A stretch of 64,000 nt of DNA from Felis catus (lineage: Eukaryota): positions 62,374,001 through 62,438,000 of the forward strand of contig NC_058368.1 of NCBI RefSeq assembly GCF_018350175.1, read 5' to 3'. The notes under the pieces were generated by a model, which was not told the origin of the DNA, ran no database searches, and saw only the letters and a program-made list of their open reading frames with translations. Shown one piece after another: positions 63,917 through 64,000 of this stretch. The translations under genes were made by a program, and so were the position numbers. The first letter of the stretch is position 1. Every line of letters begins with the position of its first letter.

Positions 63917-64000
63917 ATTTTTTTAAATTTTTTTTTCACTGTTTATTTATTTTTGGGACAGAGAGAGACAGAGCATGAACGGGGGAGGGGCAGAGAGAGA
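63917..64000 (-). mobile_element. SINEC_Fc-type SINE 3' part, cut by the window end
   Basis: T-rich tail then tttttgggacagagagagacagagcatgaacgggggaggggcagagagaga. Confidence 0.9.

Noticed and set aside
1..64000. CRISPR array, operon or other prokaryote-type system
   Set aside because: The sequence is mammalian repeat-rich DNA; no regularly spaced repeats or gene-dense segments

Overview
AT-rich mammalian (felid, cat-family) genomic DNA, intronic or intergenic, with no recognisable host protein-coding exon or RNA gene. The taxon call rests on about 24 tRNA-derived CanSINE/SINEC_Fc-type SINEs and felid-type LINE-1. The window is mostly interspersed repeats. These include one full-length but disabled L1 (55756-61685, 16-bp TSD), a 5'-truncated sister L1 on the minus strand, an older internally deleted L1, short L1 3' fragments, MaLR/ERV LTRs, Tigger/MER DNA-transposon relics, L2/MIR remnants and microsatellites. 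Apart from the L1 ORF1/ORF2 fragments, the ORF track looks spurious. I found no evidence of a new biological system. The best observations are retrotransposition and repair scars: an L1 with what looks like a two-step 3' transduction carrying a MER47/Tigger5 end, a SINE sitting at a ~3.1-kb deletion inside an L1, a 28-nt micro-L1 with a perfect 17-bp TSD, and two unexplained local direct duplications (31 bp exact; ~92 bp next to a 36-bp perfect palindrome). Repeat family names come from recall of consensus sequences, not from a database search.
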